Numbered from the stretch's first letter, positions 1 through 9,453 are shown. The stretch: 64,000 nucleotides of DNA from an uncultured delta proteobacterium (GCA_963812015.1 CAWETI010000002.1:960001-1024000), one strand, 5' to 3'. Notes: generated from the letters alone by a model not told the origin. Translations and numbers: made by a program.

Positions 1-1
1 C

Positions 2-868
2 ATCACCCTGGGGGCCTACACCGCGGCGCTCCTGACCATGGCCCCGTCGGAAAAGGCCCTGAATTTCCTGATCACCCCCCTGTACTGGCCCCTGAGCCAA
101 ATATCCCTGCCGTTTCCCCTGGCCCTGCTGGCGGGTGGCTTGGTGGCGGCGGCTTTCGGTCTGGCCACCGGCTTTCCGGTCTTCCGGGTCCGGGGGGATT
201 ACCTGGCCATCGTCACCCTGGGCTTCGGCGAGGTGGTGCGGGTCCTGGCCAACAACTTCCAGGGGCTGACCAACGGTCCCCTGGGCCTCAAGGGGCTTTA
301 CCCCTACACCAACCTCTGGTGGTCCTGGGGGGTGGCCGTGGTGGCGGTGGCGTTGGTCGTCTCCCTGGTCAACTCCAGCTACGGCCGGGCCATGCAGGCC
401 ATCCGGGAGGACGAGACTGCGGCGAGGGCCTCAGGGGTCAACACCTTTCGCCACCTGCTGGGCGCCTATATCCTCAGCGCCTTTTTCTTCGGGGTGGGTG
501 GGGGTCTCCTGGCCCACCTCATCACCACGATTTCCCCGTCCCTCTTTACCTTTTTCCTCACCTTCAACCTGCTGATCATCATCGTGGTGGGAGGGCTGGG
601 CTCCACCACCGGCGCGGTGGCGGCCGCGGCCTTCTTCACCCTGGCGGGGGAGTGGCTCCGGGTGGTGGAGGAGCCGGCCACCATCTGGGGGCGGACCATC
701 CCCGGCATCCCGGGCATGCGCATGGTGATCCTGTCCCTGGCGCTGCTCCTGGTGATTATCTATTTCCGCCGGGGTCTTATGGGCCGCCGGGAATTTTCCT
801 GGGCCGGGCTGGGGCGCCTGATACGGCGCGGGTTGGCCGCCCCGGCGGCTGGCTCCGAGGCCAAATAA
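2..868 (+). CDS. livM: Branched-chain amino acid ABC transporter permease (5' partial)
   Basis: Hydrophobic protein with RVRGDYLAIVTLGFGE, YGRAMQAIREDE and VVGGLGS motifs; frame is open from the window edge. Confidence 0.92.
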   Translation: MTLGAYTAALLTMAPSEKALNFLITPLYWPLSQISLPFPLALLAGGLVAAAFGLATGFPVFRVRGDYLAIVTLGFGEVVRVLANNFQGLTNGPLGLKGLYPYTNLWWSWGVAVVAVALVVSLVNSSYGRAMQAIREDETAARASGVNTFRHLLGAYILSAFFFGVGGGLLAHLITTISPSLFTFFLTFNLLIIIVVGGLGSTTGAVAAAAFFTLAGEWLRVVEEPATIWGRTIPGIPGMRMVILSLALLLVIIYFRRGLMGRREFSWAGLGRLIRRGLAAPAAGSEAK

Positions 869-875
869 GCTCGCT

Positions 876-1634
876 ATGGCCTTTTTCCGGACAGAACACC
901 TGGACATGCGCTTCGGGGGGCTCTCGGCCCTGGAGGACCTGAACCTGACGGTGCCGGCCGGGGGCCTCTACGGCCTCATCGGGCCCAACGGGGCGGGCAA
1001 GACCACGGCCTTCAACCTCATCAGCGGTTTTCTTAAGCCCACCGGCGGCCGGGTTATCTGGGACGGCCGGGACGTCACCGGGGAGCCCCCGCACCGCATC
1101 ACCTATGGGGGGATTGCCCGGACCTTTCAGAACATCCGCCTGTTCGGCGAACTCAGCGTCCTGGACAACGTCCTGGTGGGGTTTCACTGCCGGGGCCGGG
1201 CCACCTGGGGCGAGGCCGTCCTGAGGCTGCCCCGGTACCGCCGGGAAGAACAGCGCCGCCGGTCCCGGGGGCTGGAGCTGCTTGACGAAGTGGGGCTGGC
1301 GGCGGCGGCGGACCAGCCCGCCGGCAAGCTGCCCTACGGCCACCAGCGCCGCCTGGAGATCGCCCGGGCCCTGGCCACGGGGCCCCGCTTCCTCCTCCTG
1401 GATGAGCCCGCCGCCGGCCTCAACCCCCAGGAGACCCTGGACCTGATTGCTTTTATAAGAGGCATTAAGGAACGTTATCATTTGACCATTCTCATCATCG
1501 AGCACAACCTGCGCCTGGTCATGGGCCTGTGCCGGCACCTCACCGTGCTGGACCACGGCCTCACCATCGCCGCCGGCCCCCCGGCGGACATCCGGAAGAA
1601 CCCGGAGGTCATCCGGGCCTATTTGGGAAAATAG
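876..1634 (+). CDS. livG: Branched-chain amino acid ABC transporter ATP-binding subunit
   Basis: GPNGAGKTT, IARTFQNIRLF, LPYGHQRRLEIARALA, LLDEPAAG. Confidence 0.93.
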   Translation: MAFFRTEHLDMRFGGLSALEDLNLTVPAGGLYGLIGPNGAGKTTAFNLISGFLKPTGGRVIWDGRDVTGEPPHRITYGGIARTFQNIRLFGELSVLDNVLVGFHCRGRATWGEAVLRLPRYRREEQRRRSRGLELLDEVGLAAAADQPAGKLPYGHQRRLEIARALATGPRFLLLDEPAAGLNPQETLDLIAFIRGIKERYHLTILIIEHNLRLVMGLCRHLTVLDHGLTIAAGPPADIRKNPEVIRAYLGK

Positions 1635-2300
1635 CTATCAGTTATCAGATGTCCGCTGTCAGCCAAAGCCAAAGCCAAAGAAAATGGGGCGTTTTCGGCT
1701 GGCGCCAAAGGTATCGGGGGAAAATTTTGATGATGTCCCAACTAACTTAAAAAACAAGGCAGTCTCGCACTTTCTTGATAGCTTTTAAACAATTGTAAAT
1801 CTAACAAAATGGTTTGTGATACTATTTTTATTAAAAGGAGATAATTATTATGGCTGAAAACATTGTAACAATACAATTGAGGGATTATCCAAGGCAACCT
1901 GATGAAACTCTTTATGAAATCATGGCGTATTTTGGTCAAACTTACGACAATTCTGCACATGGATTCGTAGATGTACGGTATAAATATGCTTATGAAATTA
2001 TGCAATTAAGACAGAATAAATACCTTGTTGAACAAACAGCAAGGCTCGTAAATAAGACGATAAAAATTGCAAAATGGACAATGATTGTAGCAATTGGTAC
2101 AGCCGTTTTAGCAGTTGCTGCATTAATAACATTATATTCTTTACCAAAATAATAATATTAGGACATTCTTGAAATAATGAAATTCTCTAAGATATCTAAT
2201 CCTAAGAAGCCCCTGGGGGCATGGTGGCCCCTTGCCAATTGTTGAGCTACCAATTTTGATTTTTGTCTTTTTCACTGACCACTGACCACTGAAAGCTATT
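1630..2300. mobile_element. AT-rich single-gene insertion bounded by imperfect inverted repeats with short tandem units
   Basis: Left end aatagctatcagttatcag (1630-1648). Right end ctgaccactgaccactgaaagctatt (to 2300), whose reverse complement is aatagctttcagtggtcag. The interior is sharply AT-rich and splits livG from livF. Confidence 0.5.
1850..2152 (+). CDS. Hypothetical protein with C-terminal transmembrane helix
   Basis: AGGAG RBS upstream; 100-aa AT-rich ORF; hydrophobic tail WTMIVAIGTAVLAVAALITLY. Confidence 0.65.
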   Translation: MAENIVTIQLRDYPRQPDETLYEIMAYFGQTYDNSAHGFVDVRYKYAYEIMQLRQNKYLVEQTARLVNKTIKIAKWTMIVAIGTAVLAVAALITLYSLPK

Positions 2301-2315
2301 CAAGGAAGCTCCAAA

Positions 2316-3059
2316 GTGCTGGAAGTACTAAATCTCCGGGTCGCCTACGGGGCCATCCAGGCCCTGGACGGGATCAGCTTTGGGGTCCCCCGGGGACGCA
2401 TCGTCACGTTGCTGGGAGCCAACGGCTCGGGCAAGACCACCACGCTCCGGGCCATCACCGGGCTTTCCCCCCCCCGGGGGGGCCGCATCCTCTTTGAGGG
2501 GCGGGAGCTCCAGGGTCTCCCCACCCACGAGATCATCCGGGCCGGGATCGCCCTGGCGCCGGAGGGACGCCGCATCTTCGCCAACCTCACGGTTTACGAG
2601 AACCTGCTCTTGGGGGCCTATTTCAGGCGGGACCAGCCGGCCCTGGAGCGGGACCTGGACCTCCTCTACGACACCTTTCCCCGCCTGGCGGAACGGCGCA
2701 GCCAGGCCGCCGGCACCCTCTCCGGCGGCGAGCAGCAGATGCTGGCCCTGGGGCGAGCCCTGATGTCCCGGCCCCGGCTCTTGCTCCTGGATGAACCCTC
2801 CCTGGGCCTGGCCCCCTTGCTGGTCCAGGAGGTGTTTCACATCATCACCCGCCTCAACCAGCAGGGCGTCACCATCCTGCTGGTGGAGCAAAACGCCGCC
2901 GCGGCTTTAAAAATCTCCCACCACGGCTACGTCCTGGAAACCGGTCGGGTGGTGCTGGAAGGCTCCGGGGCCGAGCTTCTGGCCCATCCCCAACTGCAGC
3001 AGGCCTACCTGGGGGATGGCTCCGAGACGGAGGACGCACCTGGGCTTACCCCCCGGTGA
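2316..3059 (+). CDS. livF: Branched-chain amino acid ABC transporter ATP-binding subunit
   Basis: GANGSGKTT, PEGRRIF, LSGGEQQML, LLDEPSLGLAP. Confidence 0.93.
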   Translation: MLEVLNLRVAYGAIQALDGISFGVPRGRIVTLLGANGSGKTTTLRAITGLSPPRGGRILFEGRELQGLPTHEIIRAGIALAPEGRRIFANLTVYENLLLGAYFRRDQPALERDLDLLYDTFPRLAERRSQAAGTLSGGEQQMLALGRALMSRPRLLLLDEPSLGLAPLLVQEVFHIITRLNQQGVTILLVEQNAAAALKISHHGYVLETGRVVLEGSGAELLAHPQLQQAYLGDGSETEDAPGLTPR

Positions 3060-3266
3060 GGGGCCCCCTTCGGTGCGGCCATGCCTCAGCGTGGGGCCGG
3101 GGAATTGCGCTGACTCCTGAAAAGCCTCCCGGCACCGGCCGGAGACCGCCCCAGGGGTGACTGTTTTCAAAGCCCAATTTTTCTGATAAAATATTACAGT
3201 TACAAATAAAGACAGAGGCTCCTTTTCCCAGGACACTTATATCGAGGCTAAGCCCAGGAGGTTGCA

Positions 3267-4377
3267 ATGTTACCGGACAGCATGGAAATCAAAACGAAAA
3301 TAAAAGGCTTACAGGACCGGTTAGAAACCCTCCGAGGTCATCTTTGATCTGGTGGGCAAACAGGTCAGGTTGCGTCATTTAGAAGAACTGATGGCCGCCA
3401 CGGAGTTGTGGGACGACCAGGCCCGGGCCGCGGACATCCTCAGAGAACGGGCCTCCCTCATCCAGGCGACGGAAAAATATGACGGCCGGCGCCAACAGCT
3501 GGAAGACCTGGAAGTCCTGCTGGATATGGCCCTGGAGGAAAAGGACCACCAGACCCTGAAAGAAGTGGTCAGGGACCTGACGGCCATGGAGCGCGACTTC
3601 TCCGACTGGGAGCTCAAACTGCTCCTGGGCGGCGAGGACGACGAGAAGAACGCCATCATCACCATCCACGCCGGGGCCGGCGGCACCGAGGCCCAGGACT
3701 GGGCCGAGATCCTGCTGCGCATGTACCTGCGCTTCGCCGAACGCAAGGGTTTCAAGGCCGAGACCATCGACCTGCTCCCCGGGGACGAGGCCGGCGTCAA
3801 GAGCGTCACCTTCACCGCCAGCGGCCCCTATGCCTTCGGTTTCTTGAAGAGCGAAAACGGCATCCATCGGCTGGTGCGCATCTCTCCCTTTGACGCCAGC
3901 GGCCGCCGCCACACCTCCTTCGCCGCGGTGCAGGTGCTGCCGGAGGTGGACGACCGCATCGACATCGATATCCAGGAGAAAGACCTGCGCATCGACACCT
4001 TCCGGGCCAGCGGCCCCGGGGGCCAGCACGTCAACAAGACCTCCTCGGCGGTGCGCCTCACCCACATGCCTTCGGGCATCGTGGTTTCCTCCCAGTCCGA
4101 GCGGAGCCAGCACCGCAACCGGGAATTGGCCATGAAGGTGCTCAGGGCCCGCCTCTATAACCTGGAGAAGCGCAAACGGGCCGCAAAGAAGCACGAGTTG
4201 CAGGATACCCAGAAGGATATCGCCTGGGGCAGCCAGATTCGCTCCTACACGCTCCAGCCCTACCGCATGATCAAAGATCACCGCACCAAGCACGAGGAGG
4301 GCAACGTCGACGCGGTCTTAGACGGCGACCTGGACCGCTTTGTGGAGGCCTATTTGCTCAATCCGGGGGAGGAATAA
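3267..4377 (+). CDS. prfB: Peptide chain release factor 2, made by programmed +1 frameshift
   Basis: ATG 3267 (RBS AGGAGG) encodes MLPDSMEIK...LRGHL, then CTT-TGA at 3342-3347 with an internal SD-like GAGGT just upstream. The +1 frame (GAT CTG GTG) continues into ORF 3352-4377, which has SPF and GGQ motifs. Confidence 0.96.
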
Positions 4378-4414
4378 GAACCTTTCTTAAGCGGCGGGTC
4401 GCAACAGAGCATGT

Positions 4415-4515
4415 GTAGGGTGGGCATCGCCCACCAAAAACAATGGCGGGCAGTGCCCGCCCTACATTATTATTGCTTTCAAGGATCGTAGGGGCGGTTC
4501 GTGAACCGCCCCTAC
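4415..4515. repeat. Cluster of GTAG-type REP palindromes
   Basis: gtagggtgggcatcgcccacc (4415-4435), inverted ggcgggcagtgcccgccctac (4445-4465) and gtaggggcggttcgtgaaccgcccctac (4488-4515). Confidence 0.75.
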
Positions 4516-4560
4516 GGTTTCCGGCCCAGGCAAAACGCTTGTGGCGCCAATTTCCCTTAC

Positions 4561-4629
4561 AGGGGGTTAAGAGGGGAGGGCGGGGGGCCCTTACGAACCC
4601 TTACGAAAAATCCCCAGGCCCTCCCCTCA
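4561..4629. repeat. G-run/C-run palindromic intergenic repeat with CTTACGAAAA core
   Basis: Related elements at 9372-9445 and 57271-57345. Confidence 0.6.
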
Positions 4630-4678
4630 TCTTACTTTTCAGCTTTGCCCCCCGGCCCCGGGCGGGTTATTTTGTCTT

Positions 4679-5521
4679 TCAGGTGCCGCCGGGTTCGCAG
4701 GCCGCCTCTTGCAGGGGTTCCCCTATCTGGTCAGCCTGGGAGGTGATGGTTTCCCGGGCCTGGCCGTCCACTAATTTTTCCCCATAAAATAAGGCCCCTT
4801 CCGTGTAAGGGGAACTCTTGAAGCCGGTGTAGGCCTTTAAAGCCGCCCGGTGGAAGCCGACTTTGAGCATCAGGGCCAGGAAATCCATTCCCGGGATGGC
4901 CCCGCCGATTCACTGGAACCAGTTTTCCACCTTGCCGCCCAAATCCTGGGGCAGCGCCGCCACCAACACCATGTCCGCGACCATAAAGCGGCCGCCGGGT
5001 TTGAGGACCCGGTGCACTTCGCTCAGGGCCCGGGCTTTATCCAGGGCCAGGTTGAAGACGCCGTTACTGATCACTGCGTCAAAGTCGTTATCCGGGAAGG
5101 GCAGGGCCTCGGCGTCCCCCACCTGAAAGGTAACCTGACCCAAACCCAGCCGGGCCTGATGGGCCCGGGCGCGCTCGATCATGGCTAGGGTGACGTCAAG
5201 GCCCACCACCCGGCCGCCTGCCCCCACCAACCGCCCCGCCACCAGGGAGTCCACCCCGACGCCGCAGCCGATATCCAGGACGGCGTCCCCGGGGTTAAGG
5301 GGGCCCAGGCTGAAGGGATTGCCCACGCCGCAGAAAGCGGCCAGGACCTTCGGGGGGAAATCCTCAAGAATCTCATCTGGATAGCCTTGTTGCGCCATGC
5401 CGTCTTTGCCGGTGGGGTACCGGAAGCAGGGCCCGGCGCCGGCCGCGGCCACCCGGTCGTATTTTTCCTTGATGCCTTGCCGCACCTTTAGGATTTCCGG
5501 TTCGGTCATCTCTGGGCTCAT
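4679..5521 (-). CDS. ArsM-like class I SAM methyltransferase, predicted selenoprotein (UGA at 4910-4912)
   Basis: FCGVGNP, VLDIGCGVG and VISNGVFNL motifs. Reads W-F-Q-UGA-I-G-G-A, matching the ArsM W-x-x-C-I/V-x-G-A motif, and the frame stays open to 4679. Confidence 0.85.
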
Positions 5522-5573
5522 GGCATTATCCTTATGCAGCTACGGTGGCCCAGGCTTTCCCGCCTGGGTGGCG

Positions 5574-5621
5574 GTAGGGTGCGTTTCACGCGCCATGTAG
5601 GGTGCGTCCAACGCACCCTAC
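5574..5621. repeat. Two GTAG-type REP palindromes
   Basis: gtagggtgcgtttcacgcgcc and gtagggtgcgtccaacgcaccctac. Confidence 0.7.
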
Positions 5622-5646
5622 CTGTCTTATCCGGCTAACCACCCAG

Positions 5647-6216
5647 CTAGCCGATGTCCCGGCCGATGGCGAAGGCCTGGCCCAGAAATTTCCCGATGCC
5701 GTGATAGGTGCGGATTTCGGGGCCGAAGATAATGGGCCGGACTTTCTCGATATCCGGGAAGCCTTTCTCCCCCAGGACGCTGGGATCTGCCTTGACGTCC
5801 AGGATCTCCCCGATAAACAGGGTGTGGAGGCCGATTTCCAGGGTATGGATGACTTTGCACTCCAGGACCAGGGGGAACTCCTCGACGTAGGGGGCGTCCA
5901 CCAGGGTGCTGGCCACCGGGGTGAGGCGGGCGGCGGCGAACTTGTTCACGTCTTTGCCCGTGGCCATCCCCAGGTAGTCGGCCTCCCGGACGTGGGCCTC
6001 GGAAGGCACGCTGATGGTGAAGGCCTGGCGCTGGACGATGTTGCCGTAAGAATACGTGGCCTTGCGCAACGACACGCCGATGGCCGGGGGCTTGGAGCAG
6101 CAGATGGAGGCCCAGGCCGCGGTCATGGCGTTGGGTTTATCGTTGGCGTCATAGGTCCCCACCACCCACACCGGGGTGGGGAAGGCCATGGTCCTGGGGC
6201 CGATGGATTTTCGCAT
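5647..6216 (-). CDS. Flavin reductase family protein (flavoredoxin-like)
   Basis: PTPVWVVGTYD, PNAMTAAW, LECKV, HTLFIGEI; RBS GAGGAGG. Confidence 0.88.
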   Translation of the reverse strand: MRKSIGPRTMAFPTPVWVVGTYDANDKPNAMTAAWASICCSKPPAIGVSLRKATYSYGNIVQRQAFTISVPSEAHVREADYLGMATGKDVNKFAAARLTPVASTLVDAPYVEEFPLVLECKVIHTLEIGLHTLFIGEILDVKADPSVLGEKGFPDIEKVRPIIFGPEIRTYHGIGKFLGQAFAIGRDIG

Positions 6217-6328
6217 AAATATTCCTCCTCACTTTGGAATTTAAATCGCCAGGGCGAAATTGCAATGACAGGCCGGCATTTAAACCCCGAAATACCCTGC
6301 TGAGGAACGAATCTTCCCCCGGGCCGGC

Positions 6329-6369
6329 AAAAAAGACGGGTCCGGTGAACCTCAAGTTCACCGGACCCG
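6329..6369 (-). terminator. Intrinsic terminator downstream of the Fe-S oxidoreductase
   Basis: Perfect 14-bp stem cgggtccggtgaac/gttcaccggacccg followed by a U-run on the minus strand. Confidence 0.8.
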
Positions 6370-6412
6370 CAAAACGGCTAGACAGATTCTGCCCTTAAAT
6401 CAGGCCAGGACT

Positions 6413-7771
6413 TTACTCCTCTTCTTCCAACTCGATCCCGTCCCGCTCAAACTGGGCGTCCCGGGCCGCGTGGGCCTGGTCGATTTCTTCCTGGCTCCAG
6501 GGCTCGTAATCCAGGCACAGGGACACCAGCTCCCAAAGGTATAGGGTCTCTTTGTAGTTGCCCATATCCATTTTGCCCTTCTTAAATTCGCCGCCCAGAC
6601 CCTTCATGATCTGGTCCCGGCAGTTGTGGCATGGGGCTATGACCAGTTCGGCGCCGGTGTCCTTGATCTGGTCGGCCTTCATCTTGCCGTAGGCCAGGCG
6701 CTCGGCGTCGTAGGGCATGGCCCAGGCGCCGCCACCGGCCCCGCAGCACAGGTTGTTCAGCGGGTCCTCGCACATTTCCCGGTAGAGGCTGGGATCGATG
6801 CACTGCTGGGAGATCCAGCGGCTTTTCTCGGCGTTGTTGGGCGAATCATTATAGAGCAAGACGGATTTGCGTACGTAGTTGCAGGGATCGTGGACGGTGT
6901 AGGTTTCGTGAAACTTATGCGTATTGAGTTTGATCCTGCCGGACTTAATGTACTCTTCCAGCAGATCCATGACGCTGACTACTTTAAATTCGTCGAAGAC
7001 TTCGGGGAACCAATTTTTGAACCCGACCCGGGTTGCATAGTAGGCATGCCCTCATTCTGGGTACAAAATGGTTTTGGCCTTGAGTCGTCGGGCGTTCTCG
7101 ATGACCCGGCCCACCTGCTCCTTCCAGGCCGGATCGTCGCCGGAGAACAGGCCCCAGTTGACCCCTTCCCAGTTAGTGGACGATACGGTCCAATCTTCTT
7201 TGGCGGCGTAAAAGATCTTCCACCAGAACTTCATGTCGTCCGGCTCGCCGAAGGGCTCCTTGGAGTTGATGGTGACGATGATGTTGGCCCCTTCCTTGTC
7301 CACCGGCACGTAGAAGCCGGGGCAGGGCTGCTCTTCCTCGGTTTCCATCTCCACGCCCAGTTCCGCCAGCAGGTAGAGGAAGTCATCCCGGGGAATCCCG
7401 AGGTTGTTGCCTCTCTCGAGATTCATCATGGTGCCTTTGTGAATCGGCCCGGGCACCTTGTCCCGCTCCCTCAGTGTCCGGCAGGTGCGGAAAGTCCGCA
7501 TCAGTTGGATACCCATGGGACACTGATACTGACAGCGGCCGCACAGGGTGCAGACCCAGGGCCATTTGGAATCAATGACCTCCTGTTCCAAACCCAGGGC
7601 GATGGCCCGGATGGCCTTCCGGGGGTCCCAGCCGGGGACCAGCCCGGTGGCCGGACAGCCGCCGGCGCAGGTGCCGCAGGTATAGCAGCGATCCGCCAAC
7701 TCGGGGGCGATGTTCCCGATTTTGCGGTGCTTCCTGTCTACCTTGATCTCGCTAATTGCCTCTTCTGGCAT
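6413..7771 (-). CDS. HdrC/HdrD-like (4Fe-4S dicluster + CCG domain) oxidoreductase, predicted selenoprotein (UGA at 7052-7054)
   Basis: Two CxxCxxCxxxCP motifs; YPE-UGA-GHAY in place of the ECGH motif; frame stays open into ORF 6413-6970 with HDPC, CCGAGGG and PCHNC. Confidence 0.9.
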
Positions 7772-8163
7772 GTTTCCTCCATGTGCACGCGATGGCGATC
7801 AAATTGCCCCCTCTGAGCAGGCTATTTCTCCATCTTGCCTCGTATTTTTCATTCAAGACTCGTGCATTTTGCACAATATCTCATAACTATGCCTCATTAT
7901 CTATATACAATATTTTGAGAAGAAAATAAAGAATTTTTGAGCCCGGCACAGGATTTCCAGGTCGAGCCGGCTCCGAAGGTCCGACCTCAGGGGGTGAGGC
8001 GGCTCCGGCCGGCCGCACCTGGGGCCCGGCCCTCCCGAATTTATTTCCCGGACTCCACCGGTTATGATATTTTTTCAGCAAGCCTCAGGCAACCCTCACC
8101 CGCTTCGAAGGGCGGCGGGCTTGAGGCGCCGGCCCCCAGGGGAAATGCAGATTCAGGAGAAAG

Positions 8164-9363
8164 GTGGATCAGACGATGGCTCAGGAATTCGCCCCGCGTC
8201 TGGCGGTGCTGCACGAATTGGCCGAGCGGATGATTCGGCGCCGGGCTGACCTGGTGGAGGCGGAAGGGGAGGATATCGGCACCCCCTGCTCCGCCGTCAA
8301 TATGGAAGTGGATATGGCGGTGGAGCATCTCCGCACCATGGCGGAGGAGGTGTCCCAGGTAGAGGGGAAAGCCCCCTATGGCACGGTGGCCGCCATCCTG
8401 CCCTATGACGCCCCCCCCATCATGGTGGCCCGGGTGGGCGGCGCCGCCATCCTGGGGGGAAATAAATTCCGGTTCAGTTGCTCCTCCCAAACCCCCCGCA
8501 CCGCCCGCCTCCTTGCCGAAGTGGTGGCGGGATTGCCGGACTTCGCCGCAGTGGCGGGGATGGACAACCGGGAGTTCGGCCGGGCCTGCGTCGATGACCC
8601 CCAGGTGCGGGTGTTTTTCATCTCGGGCGGCGGCCAAGTGGGGGCCGCCTACGAAAAGCAAGCCCACCACTTCGACAAGCTTTTTTTTGCCGGGCCCAGC
8701 GGCCTGCCCCCGGTAATCCTGTTTAAGGATGCGCCCCTGGAGCAGGCGGTCAGGTTCGTGGTGGGGCGGGCCTTCATCAACGGCGGCCAGTACTGCACCA
8801 CCCTGAAACGGGCCTATATTCATCGGGAGATTTACGAGGCGGCCAAGGCCCTGATCCTGGCCCGTATGCCTGAGGTGCAGGTGGGCGACCCCCGGGACCC
8901 CAAGACCAGGATCGGCCCCATCAAGGTGGAGCGCACCAAGAAGCTCCTGGACCGGGCCCTGGAGTCTCTGCAAGACCCCCACTTCCTGGTGCCGCCCCGC
9001 CGGGACGGCCAGTGGCAGGGGCCGTTCCTCCTGGAGACCCCCGAGCCCCCGGACACCGAGATGTTCGGGCCCTTTCTGGCCCTGGTGAAGGTTACGAGCG
9101 ACCAGGCCGCGGTGGCGCGAGTGCTGCCCAGCCGCTATCCCTTCCTGGTGGGCTGGTTCGGCTCCCCGCCCCCAGGCGCCAAAGATGCCCTTACAAAAAC
9201 CTTCGGCATGACCTACGACAACCCGGATTTTATCTTCACCCCCCTCCGCCTCCCCTTCGGCGGCAAAGGCGAGAGCGGCTGGATTATCGAAAACCATAAC
9301 GGCCGCCTGACCAAACGGGACGGGGCGTTTATCTATAGCGCCGAGCTGGTAAGGGGGGATTGA
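8164..9363 (+). CDS. Atypical aldehyde dehydrogenase family protein
   Basis: AFINGGQYCT (catalytic Cys), GDPRDPKTRIGPI, EMFGPF, PFGGKGESG; short N-terminus. Confidence 0.8.
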   Translation: MDQTMAQEFAPRLAVLHELAERMIRRRADLVEAEGEDIGTPCSAVNMEVDMAVEHLRTMAEEVSQVEGKAPYGTVAAILPYDAPPIMVARVGGAAILGGNKFRFSCSSQTPRTARLLAEVVAGLPDFAAVAGMDNREFGRACVDDPQVRVFFISGGGQVGAAYEKQAHHFDKLFFAGPSGLPPVILFKDAPLEQAVRFVVGRAFINGGQYCTTLKRAYIHREIYEAAKALILARMPEVQVGDPRDPKTRIGPIKVERTKKLLDRALESLQDPHFLVPPRRDGQWQGPFLLETPEPPDTEMFGPFLALVKVTSDQAAVARVLPSRYPFLVGWFGSPPPGAKDALTKTFGMTYDNPDFIFTPLRLPFGGKGESGWIIENHNGRLTKRDGAFIYSAELVRGD

Positions 9364-9453
9364 AGGAAAAATTGTGGGGGAAGGGGTGAGAACCCTTACG
9401 AAAAAGACGAATAAGACGAAAAAGGCCCTTAGCCACATCCCCCAAGCACCATT

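Noticed and set aside
4910..7054. In-frame TGAs as nonsense mutations (pseudogenes) or genetic code 4/25
   Set aside because: Each falls on a conserved Cys position with a downstream hairpin, while many other genes end normally at TGA and RF2 is intact
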